A stretch of 64,000 nucleotides of DNA from Candidatus Limiplasma pullicola (GTDB lineage Bacteria; Bacillota; Clostridia; Christensenellales; Aristaeellaceae), in assembly GCA_018710985.1 (NCBI GenBank), contig DVIV01000005.1, positions 1,210 through 65,209 of the forward strand. The letters run 5' to 3'. A model generated the notes under the pieces. The model made no database searches. It was not told where the DNA came from and saw nothing but the letters and a program-made list of their open reading frames with translations. Positions 59,053 to 64,000 of this stretch are shown in pieces; the stretch's first letter is position 1; each line of letters begins with the position of its first letter. A program made the translations under genes and the position numbers.

Positions 59053-60915
59053 ATGGCGTCAGGGCGCTATGATGCGGGCGGCCCGGGCCTGGCACGATCC
59101 GGGCCGAGCGTGAAGCGTGCGCAAAGGCTGGCCGTGGACGGACATGGCGAATTTGCCGCCCCTGCGCGGCTGGGTGAGACGCAGTACCGCAGCGTGCTGG
59201 ATGCCGGGCCGGACGGCGAAACCGCCGTCCCCTCCGCGCGGGACGCCTTTGTCTATGACGACGATCTCTCCTGGGAACAGCCGCTGGAAACGGCGCCCGT
59301 GAAAAAAACGGAACCCAGGCCGCCCCGACCCGCGTCGGCCCCGCCGAAGGGACAAAAACCGGCGCATGGCGGCGGCCAGCCGCCCAGAAAGCCCGGCGGC
59401 CACGGCAGCCGAGAAAAGCCGGATCATCCCGGCTGGCGCGCATATGTGTGCGTGGCCGTGATCACGCTGAGCGTGCTGGGCATGCTGGTGCTGGCGGTCA
59501 TCATGATGCCGCAGATGGCAGGGTATTTCTGGAAGGATTTCGGCAACTATGCCTTTATCAATGGCGAGCTGTTGCGCTACGATCCCGAAATAGTGGCAAC
59601 CTACAAGCAATACCGCGATTACATGGACCGTGATGTGATCTATCCCGGTATCTTTGTAGACGGCATCCATGTGGGGGATATGACCGTGGAGGAGGCGCGC
59701 CAGCTGCTCACGGCCAACGGGTCGGATGTGCCGGATGCCTTTTCCGTGACGGTGGCGATCGGTAACAAGACCTGGACCGTGGATTCCAGCAACGTGCCGG
59801 CCCAGCGGGATCTGGGCAACGTGCTGGAGCGCGCCTATGCCATCGGCCGCACCAATACCACGACCATTCAGAGCACGCTCAAGACGCCCTTTCGCGAGCG
59901 GACCGACCGCGCCATGGCCCTGCGGGAAAGTGGAATCAACCTGACCACGACCGCCAGCTACGATCATGAGGCCGTGCGTGCGCTGGTGGCGGACATCGCC
60001 GCCTATGTGACGCGCGACCCTGTGGATGCGCAGATCCAGTCCTTCGACTATGCTACGCGCACCTTCAGCTTTACCGAATCCCAGCCTGGCGTCACGCTGG
60101 ATGAGGACCTGCTCTATGAGCGCGTGACCGCCGCGCTGGACCGCTGGGAAAGCGGCGTGACGGTGACGGTGGACCCCATTGTGACCGAGCCAGCCGTTAC
60201 CAAGGATGAGCTGGTGGCCAGCTTTGGCCTGGTGGCGGCCTACACCACCGAAACCACCAACGACTCCAACCGGAACACCAACATAGACCTGGCCTGTCAG
60301 GCCATCAACGGTACGGCCCTCATGCCCGGCGAAACCTTCAGCTTCAATCAGGCCACCGGCCAGCGCACCACGGAGAAGGGATACAAGTCCGCCGGCGCCA
60401 TCGCCGCGGGGCAGAGCATCGAGGAGGTGGGCGGCGGTATCTGCCAGGTGTCCTCCACGCTCTTTAACGCCGTGGCGCGCGCCAATCTGGAGATCGTTTC
60501 CCGCAGCCCGCACGCCTGGCCCAGCACCTACGTCAACATCGGCGAGGACGCGACCGTCAACTGGCCCAACCTGGATTTTCAGTTCAAAAACAATACTAAC
60601 AGCCCCATCTTTGTTATCACGTACTACAAAAACCGGCGCATGAGCGCTGAAATCTGGGGCATGTCGCTGGGAGAGGGCGTGACGATCGACCTCCAGTCCA
60701 CCGTGGTCAAGACCATCGACCCGCCCAGCGAGGTCAAGTACGAGCTCAATACGGAGCTTCCCTACGGCACGGAAAAAACCACCGTCAAGGCCCGTACCGG
60801 CTATGTGGTGGAAACCGAAAAGGTGTGGTACAAGGACGGCCAGGAAACCAGCCGCGAGCTGCTGCACACCAGCAACTACCGCGCCTACCAGCAGGTGATC
60901 GAGTACAATTACTGA
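59053..60915 (+). CDS. VanW-family protein (one TM, PG-binding-like region, VanW domain, G5-like C-terminus)
   Basis: ..GETFSFNQATG.RT..KGY..A..I......E.VGGGICQVSSTLFNA... Confidence 0.8.
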   Translation: MASGRYDAGGPGLARSGPSVKRAQRLAVDGHGEFAAPARLGETQYRSVLDAGPDGETAVPSARDAFVYDDDLSWEQPLETAPVKKTEPRPPRPASAPPKGQKPAHGGGQPPRKPGGHGSREKPDHPGWRAYVCVAVITLSVLGMLVLAVIMMPQMAGYFWKDFGNYAFINGELLRYDPEIVATYKQYRDYMDRDVIYPGIFVDGIHVGDMTVEEARQLLTANGSDVPDAFSVTVAIGNKTWTVDSSNVPAQRDLGNVLERAYAIGRTNTTTIQSTLKTPFRERTDRAMALRESGINLTTTASYDHEAVRALVADIAAYVTRDPVDAQIQSFDYATRTFSFTESQPGVTLDEDLLYERVTAALDRWESGVTVTVDPIVTEPAVTKDELVASFGLVAAYTTETTNDSNRNTNIDLACQAINGTALMPGETFSFNQATGQRTTEKGYKSAGAIAAGQSIEEVGGGICQVSSTLFNAVARANLEIVSRSPHAWPSTYVNIGEDATVNWPNLDFQFKNNTNSPIFVITYYKNRRMSAEIWGMSLGEGVTIDLQSTVVKTIDPPSEVKYELNTELPYGTEKTTVKARTGYVVETEKVWYKDGQETSRELLHTSNYRAYQQVIEYNY

Positions 60916-60933
60916 AATGGAGCCAATCCAAGC

Positions 60934-60974
60934 GGCGCCCGGCGATCGTAAAGATATCGCCGGGCGCCGTTTTT
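60934..60974 (+). terminator. Rho-independent terminator between convergent vanW-like and pepT genes
   Basis: GGCGCCCGGCGAT-loop-ATCGCCGGGCGCC followed by GTTTTT. Confidence 0.8.
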
Positions 60975-60986
60975 GTGAGGGGTATG

Positions 60987-62204
60987 TTACTCGCGCGGCA
61001 GGCAGATAAGCTCCTCCAGCATACGGGCGCAAAGCTCCATATCCTCAGCCGCGATGTGCTCGAAGGGGCCGTGGAAGGCATGGCCGCCGGTGCACAGGTT
61101 GGGGCAGGGCAGACCCATGTAGCACAGCTGCGCGCCGTCCGTACCGCCGCGCACCGCCGCATCGAAGGGTTCGAAGCCCGCCGCGCGCATGGCGGCCCTT
61201 GCGTTTTCGATCAGGAAGGGATAGGGCGCGATCTTCTCCTTCATGTTGCGGTACTGCTCGCGCAACGTCAGGGTGACGGCGCCTTCGCCCCAGCGGTCGT
61301 TCATGGCCTCCGCGATGTGGCGCAGCTGCTCCCGGCGCGCCTCAAAACGCGCCGCGTCGTGGTCGCGCACGATGTAGACCAGCCGTGCGTGCGCTACGTC
61401 GCCCGCCATCTCCTCCAGATGATAGAAGCCCTCGTAGCCCTCGGTGTGGCGCGGGGTTTCCGTGTCGGGCAGCATGGCGTTGTATTCCATGGCCAGCAGG
61501 CTTGCGTTCACCATGGTGTCCTTGGCGCTGCCGGGGTGCACGTTCACGCCGCGAAAGTCCAGCGTGGCTTCGCAGGCGTTGAAGTTTTCATAGCTCAGCT
61601 CGCCCAGCTCGCCGCCGTCCACGGTGTAGGCATAGGCGGCGCCGAAACCCGCCACGTCGAAGCCCGCGATGCCCAGGCCCGTTTCCTCGTCCGGCGCGAA
61701 GGCCACCGCAGCCGGCCCATGCGGCCGGCCGGAGACGATGACGCGCTCCAGCGCGGCCATGATCTCGGCCACGCCGGCCTTGTCGTCCGCGCCCAGCAAC
61801 GTGGAGCCGTCGGTGGTGATGAGCGTTTTGCCCTTCATGCCGCACAGATCGGGGAAGCGGGCGGGGGAGAGCACCGCGCCCGTGGCGGGGAGGATGATTT
61901 CGCCTCCGTCGTAATCGGGGTGAAGCTGGGGCTTGACCCCCTCGCCGGGATAGTCGGGCGCGGTATCCATGTGGGCGATCAGGCCCAGGCAGGGCTGGCC
62001 TTCCAGCCCCGGCGTGGCGGGCAGCGATGCATAGACGAAGCAGTTGTCCGTCACGCGCACATCCGTGAGGCCCAGAGCCGTCAGCTCCTCCGCCAGGAGG
62101 CGGGCCAGAGAAAACTGACAGTCCGTGGAGGGCGTGGAGGAGGATGTAGGGTCCGACCGCGTGTGGACGGCGGCATAGCGAAGGAAGCGTTCCGTTGCAT
62201 TCAT
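60987..62204 (-). CDS. pepT: Peptidase T (tripeptide aminopeptidase, M20B)
   Basis: MNATERFLRYAAVHTRSDP.., ..IAHMDTAPD.., ..GADDKAG.AEIM.., ..TGGHAFHGP.E. Confidence 0.85.
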   Translation of the reverse strand: MNATERFLRYAAVHTRSDPTSSSTPSTDCQFSLARLLAEELTALGLTDVRVTDNCFVYASLPATPGLEGQPCLGLIAHMDTAPDYPGEGVKPQLHPDYDGGEIILPATGAVLSPARFPDLCGMKGKTLITTDGSTLLGADDKAGVAEIMAALERVIVSGRPHGPAAVAFAPDEETGLGIAGFDVAGFGAAYAYTVDGGELGELSYENFNACEATLDFRGVNVHPGSAKDTMVNASLLAMEYNAMLPDTETPRHTEGYEGFYHLEEMAGDVAHARLVYIVRDHDAARFEARREQLRHIAEAMNDRWGEGAVTLTLREQYRNMKEKIAPYPFLIENARAAMRAAGFEPFDAAVRGGTDGAQLCYMGLPCPNLCTGGHAFHGPFEHIAAEDMELCARMLEELICLPRE

Positions 62205-62234
62205 GGGTATTTTATCCTTTCAAAGCATGGGATT

Positions 62235-62263
62235 GAAAAGCGCCCGCCCCTAGGGGCGGGCGC
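62235..62263 (-). terminator. Rho-independent terminator of the 62272..63018 gene
   Basis: Minus strand: GCGCCCGCCCC-TAG-GGGGCGGGCGC followed by TTTTC. Confidence 0.7.
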
Positions 62264-62271
62264 GGATTCGC

Positions 62272-63018
62272 TCAGGCGAGCAGCCGGATCAGGATGAAGG
62301 GGGTCAGCTCGTCGCCCTGGCCGCTGGGGTTGTCCGCCATGGCGTCCTGGATCTGCGCGTCGGTGAGGGGAAAGTCGGGGCTTTTGCCCAGCTGGTCGCG
62401 CTGCAGGTCGTTGGCATCCATGAGCACCACGGGAATGCCCGTGTCCTGATAGAGCTTTGCGCACAGCTCATCGGGGTTGTCGGGGTTGATGAGGGCCATC
62501 TGGTGGTACAATTCAAAGCTCGAACGGGTGTAGAAACCGTCGATGCCGCCCACGCCCTTGCCGCACACCTTGTAAAATACGCCGTGCATGCCAAACAGCT
62601 TGGTGACCGCGCTGGCGGCGGCGGCCAGCAGCACGCGCGGCAGACCGCACATGTCGATGACCAGCTGAAGCTTGTAGGGCTCATGCATGCCCACGCCCGT
62701 GTGGTTGATGCCCGCAAAGCGCCACAGGTGGTTGGCCCACCAGCCGGGCTTGACCTCGTCGCGGGTCTTGACGGACCTGACGCACATGCACATGACCTTT
62801 GCGCCGAAGCTGAGCATGTCGCCGGGCTGATAGAGCGGACGCACGTACTTTTCCACCAGAGCCGCCTGGTCTTCGCCCACCTTGACGAAGTGGGTCTGGA
62901 TGGCGTAGCGGCTGTATTTGCGGCCGTCCCGGCCCTCGATCACGCCGCGGTCAAAGTAGGTCACGCCGTTCTGCTCGCGGCGCTGTTCCTCCAGGTTGCG
63001 GGATGGGATGATGCCCAT
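62272..63018 (-). CDS. Conserved protein, tentatively CofE-like (F420-0:gamma-glutamyl-ligase fold). Function unknown
   Basis: ATG 63018 behind GGAGG. Loose resemblance to CofE-type patterns (..PGDMLSFGAKV.., ..NPDNPDELCAKLYQDTGIPVVLMDAND.., ..ELTPFILIR). Confidence 0.45.
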   Translation of the reverse strand: MGIIPSRNLEEQRREQNGVTYFDRGVIEGRDGRKYSRYAIQTHFVKVGEDQAALVEKYVRPLYQPGDMLSFGAKVMCMCVRSVKTRDEVKPGWWANHLWRFAGINHTGVGMHEPYKLQLVIDMCGLPRVLLAAAASAVTKLFGMHGVFYKVCGKGVGGIDGFYTRSSFELYHQMALINPDNPDELCAKLYQDTGIPVVLMDANDLQRDQLGKSPDFPLTDAQIQDAMADNPSGQGDELTPFILIRLLA

Positions 63019-63039
63019 GTCAATCGCCTCCAAAAGCTG

Positions 63040-64000
63040 TTACATATCCTCAAAGAAAGGTTCGCCCGTTTCGGTGACCAATATGCCCATGTCGTTGAAA
63101 TGCAGGGGCACTGGCTTGGCCATGATGTATTTGAGAATGGCGTCGAAGCGCACGCTTTCGGTATAGGTCAGCAGCGTAAAGGCGACGCCGTGCTTTTTAG
63201 CGCGCCCCGTGCGGCCGATGCGGTGCAGGTAGTATTCGTTTTCATTGGGCAGATCATAGTTGATGACGGCCTCCACGTCGTCCACGTCGATGCCGCGGGC
63301 GGCTACGTCAGTGGCCAGCAGAATCTGGAACTTGCCCTTGCGGTACGCCTGCATGACCTCGTTGCGGGCGGACTGGCGCATGTCGCCGTGCAGGCAGTCG
63401 GCGGGATAGCCCGCGTCCTTGAGGCGCTTGCACAGGCGCTGGGTCATGTCCTTGGTGTTGACAAAGACCATCACACGCTGGTACACGTCGCTGTCGAGCA
63501 GATAGAGCAGATGCTCATATTTGTGTTCGCGCTCGGTCGCAATCACGTACTGGGTGATCTGCGGCCGGTTTTCCTTGGTGGCGGGAATGACGATCTCCAC
63601 CGGGTCCTGCTGGTACTTCCAGGCGATGGTCATCACGTCCTGGTTGGTGGTGGCGGAAAAGAGCACCAGCTGGCGCTCGATGGGCGTAGCCTCGATGATC
63701 TTGGTCACATCCTTGACAAAGCCCATGTTGAGCATTTCGTCGGCTTCGTCCAGCACCATGGTATGCACGCTGTCCAGGCGGATGTTCCCGCGGTTCATGT
63801 GGTCCAGCAGCCGGCCGGGCGTGGCCACCACGATCTGCGGGCACTGCTTGAGCTGGGAGAGCTGCTTGGTGATGGGCTGTCCGCCATAGAGGCAGGCGAT
63901 GCGCACGCCTGGGATGTAGCGCGCCAGCGCGCGCAGCTCGTCGGTAATCTGCAGGCTCAGCTCGCGCGTGGGGGCCAAAACCAGCTCCTGTACGCGCTTG
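63040..64000 (-). CDS. DEAD-box ATP-dependent RNA helicase (partial, N-terminus beyond the window)
   Basis: ..LAPTRELSLQI.., ..VATPGRLLDH.., VLDEADEMLNMGF, LFSAT, ..ARGIDV.., HRIGRTGRA. The frame stays open to position 64000. Confidence 0.9.
   Translation of the reverse strand, partial: KRVQELVLAPTRELSLQITDELRALARYIPGVRIACLYGGQPITKQLSQLKQCPQIVVATPGRLLDHMNRGNIRLDSVHTMVLDEADEMLNMGFVKDVTKIIEATPIERQLVLFSATTNQDVMTIAWKYQQDPVEIVIPATKENRPQITQYVIATEREHKYEHLLYLLDSDVYQRVMVFVNTKDMTQRLCKRLKDAGYPADCLHGDMRQSARNEVMQAYRKGKFQILLATDVAARGIDVDDVEAVINYDLPNENEYYLHRIGRTGRAKKHGVAFTLLTYTESVRFDAILKYIMAKPVPLHFNDMGILVTETGEPFFEDM

Noticed and set aside
1-64000. Window-wide look for defence or mobile systems (restriction-modification, toxin-antitoxin pairs, Cas, Abi, retron/DGR reverse transcriptases, transposases, phage structural genes)
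   Set aside because: No motif sets for any of these were recognised in the called genes or in the intergenic regions. Absence by eye is not proof, and a profile search would be needed.

Overview
GC-rich chromosomal segment of a spore-forming, Gram-positive, Clostridia-like organism. The lineage call rests on spoVAC-AD-AE, a hidden spoVM, xPxTG sorting signals, and the rimP-nusA-ylxR-ylxQ-infB-rbfA-nrnA-truB-ribF and rpmH-rnpA-yidD-yidC-jag housekeeping blocks. I call about 55 protein genes and one tRNA-Lys(CUU). I recognise no rRNA, CRISPR array, transposase, integrase or prophage genes. The many very long ORFs antisense to recognisable genes are treated as high-GC artefacts.

Accessory content worth attention:
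1. A secreted DUF11/Cna-B surface protein in which the sorting-signal-like IPKTG is followed in frame by a complete class B sortase domain.
2. A sulfatase island: a Ser-type sulfatase with an atypical S-T-S-A-R core, an anSME maturase, an MBL-fold alkylsulfatase and an unknown 678-aa secreted protein.
3. A LytTR two-component system flanked on both sides by copies of one 45-bp motif placed exactly 20 nt upstream of TACAAT.
4. A tightly coupled ~10-kb operon (12650..22412). It carries a sigma-factor-less partner-switching set: three RsbW-type GHKL modules, two STAS domains and one Cache-HAMP-PP2C. These are interleaved with an HD (p)ppGpp-hydrolase-like gene, an Fmt-like formyltransferase, a DUF2156 (aminoacyl-tRNA transferase-like) protein and a MATE exporter fused to a degenerate GHKL domain. 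This is my best candidate for an undescribed system.
5. Two ECF sigma/anti-sigma modules and an orphan BlaR1-like M56 protein whose promoter carries 9-12-9 direct repeats.
6. An unlisted 26-codon spoVM homologue behind a sigma-E-like promoter.

All domain calls are by eye from motifs. No database search was run.
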